A program made the translations under genes and the position numbers. DNA of 64,000 nt, taken from contig NC_043001.1 of the NCBI RefSeq assembly GCF_006345805.1, positions 123,132,001 to 123,196,000 on the forward strand, given 5' to 3'. Source of the stretch: Octopus sinensis (taxonomy: Eukaryota). Positions 40,601 to 52,620 of the stretch are shown piece after piece. Below the pieces are notes generated by a model. The model was given only the letters and a program-made list of their open reading frames with translations. It did no database searches and was not told the DNA's origin. Position 1 is the first letter of the stretch, and each line of letters starts with the position of its first letter.

Positions 40601-40641
<41 letters not shown>

Positions 40642-40669
40642 CACATACACACACATATATATGTATATA

Positions 40670-40900
40670 AGTATAAACCAGATTAAGTACATAAATATGA
40701 AACAAGATGGGAAAATAGTACTCGAATACTGGAGGTAGAGTAATATGCTTTATTATTAAAGGTGTAAAAACATCACATAAAATTTACAAAACAATGCTAC
40801 CCCGAGTTTCACATTCCTGTTCATCGGACAGTTTTGATTCTCAACTGGAACGCGAAACTCTCAGTAACAGTTTTTTGTGATTTTCTCGTGTTTTTTTATA
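40670..40900. mobile_element. Penelope-like terminal-repeat fragment with hammerhead-like motif on minus (40788-40835)
   Basis: Shares tactcgaata..ggtagagtaatatgctttatt with 37.7 kb; minus strand AAAAC TGT-CCGATGA-ACA ggaa TGT-GAA-ACTC g GGGT-A-GCA tt GTTTT. Confidence 0.6.
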
Positions 40901-40928
40901 ATTTTAATAATAAAGTATATATATACGT

Positions 40929-41330
40929 ATACTCTTTTACTCTTTTACTTGTTTCAGTCATTTGACTGCGGCCATGCTGAAGCACCGCCTTTAGTCGAGC
41001 AAATCGACCCCGGGACTTATTCTTTGTAAGCCCAGTACTTATTCTATCAGTCTCTTTTGCCGAACCGCTAAGTGACGGGGACGTAAACACACCAGCATCG
41101 GTTGTCAAGCAATGCTAGGGGGACAAACACATATACACATACACACATATATATATATATATATACATATATACGACAGGTTTCTTTCAGTTTCCGTCTA
41201 CCAAATCCACTCACAAGGCATTGGTCGGCCCGGGGCTATAGTAGAAGACACTTGCCCAAGATGCCACGCAGTGGGACTGAACCCGGAACCATGTGGTTGG
41301 TAAGCAGGCTACTTATCACACAGCCACTCC
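40929..41330 (-). mobile_element. Full-length SINE family A, minus strand
   Basis: Reverse complement of the 21.7/27.6 kb copies from ggagtggctgtgtg to gtaaaagagtaaaagag. Confidence 0.9.
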
Positions 41331-41601
41331 AATGTTTGTTATTTTCATAATTTTTGTTTCATTCCGATGCAAGCAAAACACAATGAGTGACAGACGCTCG
41401 ATGTACGAGCGCACCTTTGATGCAAGTCTGACGAAGTGCCAATCTAATGTTTAAAATCGTAAATTTTACATAACTTTTCACATGGAACTTTAACGTGAAT
41501 TGGCATTTTAAAGAGAGTTTGTATAGAAACAACTGTAACTAGTCATTAAAGTCGTGACAAACACTTTGTCATATTTGCATTATCTGTGTGTATATATTCA
41601 T

Positions 41602-41634
<33 letters not shown>

Positions 41635-42024
41635 ATATATGTATATATATGAATATATATATGTATCTATATATCCATATATATATATATATATATTTGT
41701 ATATATATATGCATATATATGTACATATATATATATATGCATATATATATATGTATATATGTACATATATATATGCATATATATATATATAATATATATA
41801 TGGGTATATACATATGTATATATATATATGTATATATATATGGATACATTCATGTGTATAAAAATATATGTATATATTTATGGATATATACATATGTGTA
41901 TATATATATATGTATATATATATGTATATATATGTGTATATATATGTATATATATGGATATATACATATGTGTATATATATATATACACATATATGTGTA
42001 TGTGTATATGTGTTTGTCCCCCTA

Positions 42025-43700
42025 GCCATTGATGAGATTGACACAAACTCAGCTGCTGGACCTGATGGATTCCCAGCGATCCTTCTCAAATCGTGCAAAC
42101 GAGCCCTTGCAAAACCGCTACAGCTTCTTTTTCAGAGCTTTCTTGCAAGTGGTAAGCTCCCAGTCAAACTGAAAGAGGGGGTAATATGCCCTATCCATAA
42201 GGGAGGTAGCAGAGCAGATGCTAAAAAATTTAGGCCTATCTCTCGACCTCACACATCAGCAAAGTCATGGAACGAATAGTCCGTCAGAAACTAATCATGT
42301 TCCTTGAAGAAAATGACTTACGTCTGTCTGACACCCAGCATGGATTTCGACAAGGTGAGGCTGCCTAACACAGCTCCTGCAACACTATGATGGGGTGTTG
42401 AAACAGCTACTAAATGGCTCAAATGTGGATGTAATATATCTGACTTTGCAAAAGCCTTGATAAAGTCGACCATGGTATGATCTGTCACAAACTGCGTGGT
42501 CTCGGCATAGGCGGGAAACTTGGAGAGTGGCTGCACAACTTCCTAAAAGACAGAAAACAGGCAGTTGTGAGCAATGGAGCCACCTCCAGGGAACGCAAAT
42601 AACAAGCGGTGTCCCACAGGGCACTGTCTTGGGGCCACTGATGTTCATAGTGCCCTTTCAGACATGCCTTCAGTTGCTACGATGACCACCCTTGCTAGCT
42701 ATGCAGATGACACAAAAGTCTCCCACGCAATACAAACCCTGAAAAATATGCGCATCTGCAACATGAGCTGGACACAATATAACAGGTGGGCTGAGGACAA
42801 CAACATGCAGTTTAATGCAGGTAGTTCCAGGCCCTGCGCTACTGGCACACAAAGGTAAATGACGTGAAGACTGGATACACTGGCCCAGGAAGAATTGCAA
42901 TCCCTGAGTCAAAATCAGTGCGTGACCTGGGCATTGACATGAGCAATGATGCATCTTTCCAAATGCATATTGCTAATCTGGTGATATAAAATGCAGACGG
43001 CTAGCGGGATGGCTTCTGGAACTTCCTCAGAACAAGGAGAAGGACAAGAGGTGGAGACACTAATGTCCCATAAAAACATTTGCCTCAGCCGCTTGGACTA
43101 CTGCTCCCACTTTGGTCACCACACAATATAAAACAAACAGCAGAACTCGAAGCAACTCAGAGAAGCTACACAAAGAAATCGTCTCAATGCAAAATGTCAG
43201 CTACTGGGAAAGACTGAAGGTATTAAACCTCTTCTCCCTGGAGCGGAGGCGGGAGAGATATGCAGTGATATACATCTGGAAAATCCTGGAGGGTCTTGTC
43301 CCAAACTTTGGCATTCAAAGTTACTCCAACCGCAGAACGGGGCGCCCGCGTGGTGCCAAGGATTCCAACATCACCATCAAAATACAGGTCCAGATACTGC
43401 AACAGCTTGGGTTTCAGAGGACCACAGCTCTTTAACATCCTCCCTAAATGCCTGAGAGACTTACATGTGTGGATGTGGGTTTCTTTAAAACTAAACTGGA
43501 TCTCTTCTTGTTGGGAGTCCCAGATGAACCTACCTCACGACAGTAGACACGATGCGGGCAGCAGCATCGAACTCCCTTGTGATCAAGTGCCACGTATCAG
43601 AGGTGGATTCACAAACTAGTGTAGCTCATTCAGCGGTGGTGCCCCAGCATGGCCGCGGCCTTCGGGCTAAAACATTTTAAGGATTTAAGGATTTAAGGAT
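42025..43700 (+). mobile_element. 5'-truncated CR1-group LINE (RT and C-terminus) with (TTTAAGGA)n tail
   Basis: [26 protein letters not shown]...FRPIS, DVIYLDFAK, SGVPQGTVLGP, YADDTK, LNLFSLERRRERY motifs across several frameshifts; tandem 8-mer tail 43675-43700. Confidence 0.92.
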
Positions 43701-44097
43701 ATATATGTATATATATGGATATATATATATATACATACATATATATCTATATATATATCTATCTCTGTATATATATATATGAATATATATGTGTGTGCAT
43801 GTGTGTGTAAACCTGTGTGTACACAGACACATACAACACATGGAGACACATTTGTGTATCTGCACACGCACGCAAACACTCACACACACACGCTCATGTA
43901 GAGACTCACACACAAGCACAAGGTATAGAATCAATAAACACAGAATGTGAGTCTATATATATATCGTTTACTTTCATAGACAGAGCGCGAGAAAGAGAGT
44001 GAAACGAAGTGAGTGAGGGTTAGATTATGAGTACTGGAGTGAGAGTGAGAAAAGGGAGAGAGAACCGTAATATGTGTGTGTGTGTGTGTGTGTATGT

Positions 44098-44135
<38 letters not shown>

Positions 44136-44372
44136 TGAAAGAAAGAGAGAATAATGCAATTCTTTTATAATAGGTAATTGCTCTAAAACGTTTCTAATTT
44201 ATTGTTTATTCAATTTATAAGTTTTCTTTTTATTCTTTCATATTCCTGATAGGCATTGTTGAGCTTCTGTGACAAGTAACCTCCTTCATACATACATATT
44301 TGTATGTATGTGTGATGTGAATGCATGTATGTACACAGGGTTGTGTATATATATATATATATATATATAATG

Positions 44373-44405
<33 letters not shown>

Positions 44406-44433
44406 GTATATATATATATGTATATATATATAT

Positions 44434-44810
44434 AAAATCATATGTAAAAGTATATATGTATTTATATGCATAAAATTATATATACATATATTTTAATATC
44501 TATATACGTATAAGCAAATATATAACACATATATATATACACACATATATTTTTATATATGCATATATGTATATATGTGCATACATTACGCAGATATGTA
44601 TATACACACACATATTATAAATATAAATATATATCTATATATACATACAAACACACGCGCGCGCACGCACACATATATATACGCATATATATAATTTCTC
44701 ACATACAAACAACTTTCAATAATCTGAAATTGCTGTTACGATTAAAATACAAAAGCTCAAAACTTTAGAGCATTATATATATATATATATATGTGCGTGT
44801 GTATGTATGC

Positions 44811-44844
<34 letters not shown>

Positions 44845-44860
44845 ATACGTCTTTACGTTG

Positions 44861-44904
<44 letters not shown>

Positions 44905-44907
44905 ATG

Positions 44908-44940
<33 letters not shown>

Positions 44941-45345
44941 GTATATATATATATGTATATATATATAAAATCATATGTAAAAGTATATATGTATTTATAT
45001 GCATAAAATTATATATACATATATTTTAATATCTATATACGTATAAGCAAATATATAACACATATATATATACACACATATATTTTTATATATGCATATA
45101 TGTATATATGTGCATACATATACGCAGATATGTATATACACACACATATATATAAATATAAATATATATCTATATATACATACAAACACACGCGCGCGCA
45201 CGCACACATATATATACGCATATATATAATTTCTCACATACAAACAACTTTCAATAATCTGAAATTGCTGTTACGATTAAAATACAAAAGCTCAAAACTT
45301 TAGAGCATTATATATATATATATATATGTGCGTGTGTATGTATGC

Positions 45346-45383
<38 letters not shown>

Positions 45384-45399
45384 ATACGTCTTTACGTTG

Positions 45400-45402
<3 letters not shown>
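44434..45402 (+). repeat. Tandem direct duplication, period about 535 bp
   Basis: aaaatcatatgtaaaag...caataatctgaaattgctgttacgattaaaatacaaaagctcaaaactttagagc...catacgtctttacgttgtta at 44434-44863 and 44967-45402; differences mainly in microsatellite lengths. Confidence 0.9.
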
Positions 45403-45441
<39 letters not shown>

Positions 45442-46536
45442 TACAAGACTGTGCACATAGCATATGCACGCACATTAAATCATATTTTTCTTGCACATAA
45501 ATATCTACGTAAACAATACATTAAACACTCAACAATATATATACGTACATGTGCGTTTAGTTTTGTTGTCTGTTACGTACATATACAAACATTAATTATT
45601 TTATCATTATACCCATGCGTAATACATGCAGACACATACACACATCTACGCAAATATAAACACATCTCTTTTCTTTGTTTTAAAATATACACACACATTT
45701 ATATACAAACATACATTGTTGCCTTGTATTGTCTGTTGCCTTGTACTGTCTGAAAGTATTGTAATTAAACGGTACTAATCTCAAAATTACGCATACTCAT
45801 GTAATTACTTTCTAATCGTTCACAAGTTAACATATTTATAGATTTTTTTGGTGTTAACGTAATTAATATAGGAAATATTTTGAAAAGCTAACTAGAAATG
45901 CTTACGTTGTGAGATAAAACGATATTAATTAATGACTAATATTTTATTTATTTCGGAACTAACAGGAGACAACTTCGACACATTTCGGTCATATTATGAC
46001 CTCGTAAGTAAAATATAAAATTTTCTATTGTTGTTGTAATAGTGTTACAGGCATAAGTAAATATACAAAATTATAAGTAGATCAAAATGGAAGACGGGTA
46101 AACAAAACAGTTGGCGTCTTTCGAGGATATTTTTAACGCCCAATGTTTTGCATATCCGGCTTCCAATTTGATCTATTTATACCCGCTGAATCAGGTATCG
46201 CCTTTAGCCATCTTGGATAGGCAATTTCAACACCTCATTCAAGCCGGAGTTTTAGAAGCAAACCAATCTTAGCACTTATTGTACATATCTATTAGTATAC
46301 GTCAATACACGTATACTACTTGCATCTCCAAGATTATAAGTATGTATATGTTTGTAATGAATGTAACACAACTGTTTCACATCAGTTATCAGACACTATA
46401 AATCCGAACCAAAACCGAAGCGACGTTCAAATGATCAGATTGACGTTTTGGTACATGTTTAAACAATAAACTAATGTTATTAACTCATAATTATGTCTGA
46501 TTAAGGTTCGAAATCGTTCTAGCTGGGTCAGCCTAC

Positions 46537-46704
46537 CTTTACATCTTTCCTCTTTTGTGTGCCTTGAGAGAGAATTAGAGCCACTATTTCTTGACGATCC
46601 AACGACCACGTAGAAGCTCTGCTCGTTATTGTTTTTCAGCACCCCAGAACAATCGTAATCTAAATTATCGTTGATCATAGATATTCCATACGTGACAGTC
46701 CTAT
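46537..46704 (-). CDS. Weak candidate phase 1-1 exon (DRTVTYGISMINDNLDYDCSGVLK...KEERCK)
   Basis: Good donor AAG|GTAGGC and an open frame of 168 nt, but only a weak acceptor (tttaacaag); the stronger acceptor at 46765 is out of frame. No recognisable domain. Confidence 0.2.
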
Positions 46705-46924
46705 CTTGTTAAAGTATCTGGAACTACATAATCTAAACTGCCCTTCCCGTCTTTTATGAAGGCACCTGTGATTTAAGAGAGCTTTAGGGGTTGTATCGCA
46801 TGTTGGCTAGCGAGCCATGTAGAGGACTCCTTTTTATGATTCAATACGCTCCCTCGTTTGCTCGTTAATTATACAGCTGTGATTAGTATACTAGTGTTTT
46901 CAAAGCTGTAACTTTCTGTAGAAT

Positions 46925-47495
46925 TCTCTAGTATTCCCCAGTATTCCACAGTGTTCCCGAGTATTCAACAGTGTTCCAGAGTATTCCACAGTGTTCCCCA
47001 GGCTTCCACAGTGTTCCAGTGTTTCACAATATTCCAGTGTTCCACAATGTTCCACAGTATATTTAACTACCACAGTCTACAGTATTTATAACTGCAGTAT
47101 CCCACAATATTCCACAATATCTATATCTTTAATATTCCACAGTATTTACAACTCTATATTCCATAGTATTCCACAGTTTCTATTACTATATACTCTCTAG
47201 TATTTCACAGAATTTATAGTAGTAGTATTCCACAATATCTATGATTGCATATTCCACTATACCTGTAACTATATTCCACACTCTCCCACAATGTAGTCAT
47301 GCTGTTCCTGAATAAAGGAGACATGAAACATTGTCAAATCTAGCCTGAACACCCTCTATAACTGAAACATTCCACAGTTTTCCACAGTATATAAAGACTG
47401 CAATATTCCACAGCATATAAAGACTGTAATATTCCACAGTATATAAAGACTGTAATATTCCACAGTATATAAAGACTGTAATATTCCACAGTATC
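46925..47495. repeat. Degenerate ATTCCACAGT 10-mer array ending in a 26-bp minisatellite (ttccacagtatataaagactgtaata, about 4 copies)
   Basis: Direct inspection; 26-mer units at about 47379-47492. Confidence 0.85.
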
Positions 47496-48126
47496 ATTGT
47501 AGTATTCCTCAGAATGTGTTGCTTGGTGATCAAAGCCGATGGAAGTTGTCTACTTGGACATCGGATACAGTGAGATATTAATGATAGGATAACAATGTTG
47601 GCCCTGTCGATTGTGACCCGTTGCCATACCAACTCCTCAGCCTATTCCGACTTTCAGTTGTAACTAAATAACTGTCCATGAAGTTACGTATTATTGGTTG
47701 TGGTATCTATTGTGTATGGTGTATCAAAAATAGGAGAACATTAGGAGATATAAAGTAACTCAATTAAAAAGGCAAAAAACAACAAGCAACTAAACCCCAA
47801 AACCTCAGAAAAATCTAACCCACCATCTCTCGCTGAACATATAATAATTTGACGCTATACAAGAAGAACAAAACAATTAAGCTGATTCATAAACGACTTC
47901 CAATTTTTGTTCTTTATTTGAACATAAAATGAAAACAACAACAAAGAAACAGACAACAAATAAACAATCAGAAGTTATTTATGACTCAAGTCAATATTAT
48001 GGGATGTAAAGAACAAATATTGATTCCAGTTGAAAATATAATTATATATATGTATACATACATACATCATATAAATATATATACATATATATATAGTATA
48101 TATATAGTAATATATATATATATAGT

Positions 48127-48158
<32 letters not shown>

Positions 48159-48215
48159 GTAATATATATATAGTATATATATATGTAGTATATATATATA
48201 TATAATATATATATA

Positions 48216-48253
<38 letters not shown>

Positions 48254-48339
48254 ATATATATATATATATATATATGATATATATATATAATAATATATAT
48301 ATATATATATAATATATATATATGTATATATATCTTATA

Positions 48340-48386
<47 letters not shown>

Positions 48387-49609
48387 ATATATATATGATA
48401 TATATTATATAATATATATATAATACATATATATATATATGTGTGTGTGTTGTGTGTTTATGTGTGTGTATGTGTGTATCTACGCACATACACATGAAAT
48501 AAAAATTTAAACAAAATACTTTATAGCAGCTTTGGAATGTACTGGTATCATTGAAGCCAGTACGAAATTGATTTCTTCGCGAAGACAAAATCCGATGATT
48601 GTATGCAGTATTTGTTACATATTTAATGTGGTAGACAGTAAGTCGCTCGCTTTCCGTCCCCCGCTTCCTCCTCTCTATATATCGTTCTCTCTCTTATGCT
48701 CTTTCTTCCACCTCTTCCCACCACCTTCTCTCATTCTCTGTTCTACTCTTCTTTGAATTGCAGCGGACATTGTTGGAAACTTCTGAAGACTTTAATAAAT
48801 ATGCAATCAGATCCGAAGTTGGTTATATTTTTTTTTACTAGTAATTTTAAATTTTATAATTGCTTTTTATCCTTTAATAAAAATGCATGCAGGGTTGAAT
48901 ATATTGCATATATGCATGTGTATATGGACATATAAATGCATTTATGCACGCATGTTTGCATGTCTGAATGTTCAGCTTCATGCATAAATGAATGGACGCA
49001 TATATATTTGTATATATATCTGAAAAAGTACGTTCGTAGCTATGAATGTATGCGTGTAAATATGCATATATATATATATGTGTGTATTTGTGTATGCGTG
49101 TATGTATGAATATATGTATGTACGTATGTGGGCATCTGTCTGTTTTTCTGTCTGTCTGTCTGTCTGTCTGTCTGCCTGTCTGTCTGTATGTATGCATGTA
49201 CGCACGTCTCGTTCTTTTTTAACCCATTCTTTCTAGAACTTGGTTTCAATTAAAAAAGAAAGCTCTTTCACTGGAATTTAGAGAACATCAATAGTATACA
49301 TCTACACCTCGAATTTTAGAAATGTCTTGAATATCTTCCCAGTTCCACTTACTTAGCGACTTTGTACAATACAAGTCAGACGGTCATTTTTCTTTGCCTG
49401 AAGTCACCAGCTTACTGTTCTCAGACTATTAATTAAATATACCGCAATACAATCAACTGCTGCAATGTTTACGTACATAGATATATATGCACGTTCGTAT
49501 ATAAGCACACGCGCATATACACTCACATATATATGTGTGTGCATGTGTGTGTGTGTGTATGTGTGTATGTGTGTACTTGTGTATGCTTTTCTTCCAGAAT
49601 TATTCTTTT

Positions 49610-49795
49610 ATTCTTCTACTTGTTTCAGTCATTGAACTGCAGCCATGCACCTATAAGGCGTCGTCTTGAGGAGTTTAGTGTATCAGATCGACACTAGTAC
49701 TTATTGCAAGACTTGTTCTAATTCTTTCGTTATCTTCTGCTGAACCGCTAAGTTACTAGGCCGTTAACAAACCAATATCAGTTGTCAAACAGTGA
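49610..49795 (-). mobile_element. Old family-A-related SINE 3' half
   Basis: acttgtttcagtcattgaactgcagccatgc...gaaccgctaagtta...gttgtcaa, decayed match to family A tail and body. Confidence 0.65.
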
Positions 49796-50031
49796 GACAC
49801 AAGTTCAGATATATAATTTTTCTCAGAGTTACGGCCTATGAGATATTAGGTTAAGACAGCTCTAAGGACTTGTGAATATATATATAATTTGGGGCGGTGC
49901 ATCCTATGGACCTTGTTTTTTGAAAAGCGATACAAATTGAGGATATTTTAGCTGCTTTTTCGAGCTGTTTTGTTATATTGTAATGTTAATGTAATGTAGT
50001 AAATGAAATTATGAATTTTGTTTTTGCTTAC

Positions 50032-50067
50032 CTCCGGAACCCGAACCAGATCCTGATAATTCTTCAT
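50032..50067 (-). CDS. 36-nt internal exon encoding (D)EELSGSGSGSG(E): acidic Ser-Gly glycosaminoglycan-attachment-like segment
   Basis: Minus strand: strong acceptor ttttaattttcttttcag|AT and perfect donor GAG|GTAAGC; phase 1-1. The four Ser codons are all different (TCA, TCT, TCG, TCC), so this is not a DNA microsatellite. Splicing G|+AG to the 39406 exon gives Glu in frame. Confidence 0.8.
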
Positions 50068-50087
50068 CTGAAAAGAAAATTAAAATT

Positions 50088-50118
<31 letters not shown>

Positions 50119-51057
50119 CTGTCGTCTTCAACAGCAACATGAATAACAAAATCAAATGTAATGTGGAACACTAAAACAAATACAGCACTTGTCAATGGAT
50201 CTCTGTCACTTCACAAACATTACAGGCATAAAACATTACTCCACCAATTTAATGAAGCATTCACAATGATATAAAAAATGAAAATGGAATTAAATGTGAT
50301 AGACATTATAAATCACCTAATAGAAACGGCAACTCAGGTATCAATTGAAAAAAAAAGAGTTTTATTGAAACATTCATAAAGGAAACTGCAAGCAAAACAA
50401 CCTTTGAGCAGAATAAAAAAATACAATAAAGACAATATAGAAAGAAATACAAGAAGAAATGTGATTGCTTGAATGTTTCAAACCCCAAAGAAGCATTCAG
50501 AAACATCACACAGAAAGAAAACAGACCTACACAAAATGTAGAAAATTAAAGGAAAACCTGGAACTCAAAGCAGTTAACAGAAAAGAAAAAAACACTTCAA
50601 CAAGTGAGGTTAAATCACAAAGAATAAGAAGTTTTAATAGAAATAGAAAGAAATATCGATGCTGTAACTACAGCAACATGCTTCAAGTGGATGAAAAGGA
50701 CTCCACAGAGAATTAAGCAGAGAGAAAATGTAAGTGGAAAAATAACCTCTTCAAAATAAGAAAAATCTGACCCACGAAAATATGTAAGAATAAAGTAAAT
50801 GAAATTTCTTTCAATGACAATAAAAAAAAAAAGACAAGAAAAAAAGGATGGCGAAAGTATCTTATGTATTTCATTAAATACAATATAAAAATGAATAAAT
50901 ATTATAATATATAACAGGAATGTGGTATTCGGAGGCTAGTAGTTTGGATAAAATTCAGAATGTTTCCGTCAAGAATATAGTCATGCTACGTGGCTACATT
51001 AATCAGAGTTTCAATTTCTGAATACACTCGCGACCACCAAATAAATACGGTAAGAAG

Positions 51058-51106
<49 letters not shown>

Positions 51107-51112
<6 letters not shown>

Positions 51113-51345
51113 TGAAATATGAGACAATTATTCGGCAGCCATGATAAAACTCTGAGTTTCGGATGCCATCTCTTCAGTTATCGGATAACTGAAGAGATGG
51201 CGGCGTGGGTTTCCAGCTCGGCATCCGAAACTCGGAGTTTTATCATGGCTGCCGAATAATTGTATCATATTACATTTACAGATAAATTCCTCTATTTACA
51301 TAATATCGAGGTCTCTTTCTTTCTTTTGTTGTCTTACCATTTTTA
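51107..51345. mobile_element. Inverted Penelope-like terminal repeats forming a 174-bp fold-back (51107-51280) with hammerhead cores on both strands
   Basis: Outer arms gtaaatgaaatatgagacaattattcggcagccatgataaaactctgagtttcggatgcc and its reverse complement; inner perfect hairpin gccatctcttcagttatc-g-gataactgaagagatggc. Confidence 0.7.
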
Positions 51346-51360
51346 TCAATATATATATAT

Positions 51361-51530
51361 CGGCAAGAATGGAGAATTCTTATATATATATAGGCAAGAA
51401 TGGAAAATTCCTATATATAGGCAAGAATGGAAAATTCTTATATATATATATTGGCAAGAATGGAGAATTCTTATATATAGGCAAGAATGGAAAATTCTTA
51501 TATATATATATTGGCAAGAATGGAGAATTT
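51361..51530 (+). repeat. Minisatellite: ggcaagaatgg(a/g)aaattc + (TA)n, 6 units
   Basis: Constant 18-bp core separated by variable TA runs, with alternating short and long units. Confidence 0.9.
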
Positions 51531-51759
51531 TAGGAAAGTTCTTATATTTTTAGGATTTTTTACAAATATTTTTTTTTGAAATTTAGTATTATCTTAAAAC
51601 GCTTTTTTGTTTAGAAATTATATAACATCTTGAACTCTTTTAAATATTTAATGAACCTCTGATGAAAGAAATGTGGTCAATTGTTATGGATGGAAAACTC
51701 GCCCATTTCAAACCTCAATTCTTCGAAACGATCGTATAAATATGTGCTCACTAAAGAGT

Positions 51760-52042
51760 CATCCGAATTCGGCTGCGGGGTCATTCCGAAAAGCTCTACC
51801 TGCGACGATTTCATCTCAATCGAAGGAGAGGAGCTTTCTCCGTCCGGGTTGCGGATCCGTGGAACAAGCTGCCAGACGAGATGGTGAAGATGCCGGCGAC
51901 CGCTTTGTTCAAAGCCTCCCTTGACCTCAAGTGGCCTGAACTCTTTACATGAACACCACCCTGTACTTAACTCCATGTCCCCCTACATGGCCTTGCTATT
52001 TGCTTTTGAGCCAAATTAACTAACTAACTAACTAACTAACTA
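51760..52042 (+). mobile_element. 3' end of a second CR1 LINE family with (TAAC)n tail
   Basis: RLRGHSEKLYLRRFHLNRRRGAFSVRVADPWNKLPDEMVKMPATALFKASLDLKWPELFT* (TGA 51950-51952): RGH..KL and WN.LP...FK..LD CR1 C-terminal motifs. Confidence 0.85.
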
Positions 52043-52189
52043 TCGCTCCTTGGATTCCTACCTTCTTACCTAGTCATCGAGTCGTAAAATTTGAAAGTTT
52101 TAATGCAGGTGCATTTATGTATTATATGCTTTCATGATTTGTATATTTGTACTTGAATTGATGCTGTATATGAACTTGCTTATGCTGCG

Positions 52190-52302
52190 AAGTGATTTCT
52201 ACTATAACCCTGGGCCGACAAAGCCTTGTGAGTGGATTTGGTTGACAGAACTGAAAGATCGTCGTATATATGCATACACACACACACAAACACACGCACA
52301 CA

Positions 52303-52389
<87 letters not shown>

Positions 52390-52582
52390 GTGTGTGTGTG
52401 TGTGTTTGTCTACACACCATCGCTTGACAACCGATGTTGGTATAACATAGCGGTTCGGCAGAAGAGACCGATAGAATAAGAACAAGGCTTACAAAGGATA
52501 ATTTCCAGGGTCGATCTCTTCGAATAAAACCCTTTAAGGCGGTGCTCCAGCATGGCTGCAGTCTAATGAATGAAGCAAGTAA
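52190..52582 (+). mobile_element. 5'-truncated family-A-related SINE
   Basis: gggccgacaaagccttgtgagtggatttgg...gcttgacaaccgatg...ggcggtgctccagcatggctgcagtc. Confidence 0.8.
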
Positions 52583-52620
52583 CAGGAACAGAGTAATGTA
52601 GCCTTGGGTTCACTGCAGCT

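Noticed and set aside
46537-46765. Longer 229-nt exon from the strong acceptor at 46765
   Set aside because: Length is 3n+1 with an in-frame stop; it would need a 1-nt assembly error. Only the shorter version is kept, at low confidence.
51361-51530. Repeat-spacer look resembling a CRISPR array
   Set aside because: The spacers are just variable (TA)n runs, the context is eukaryotic and there are no cas genes; it is a minisatellite.
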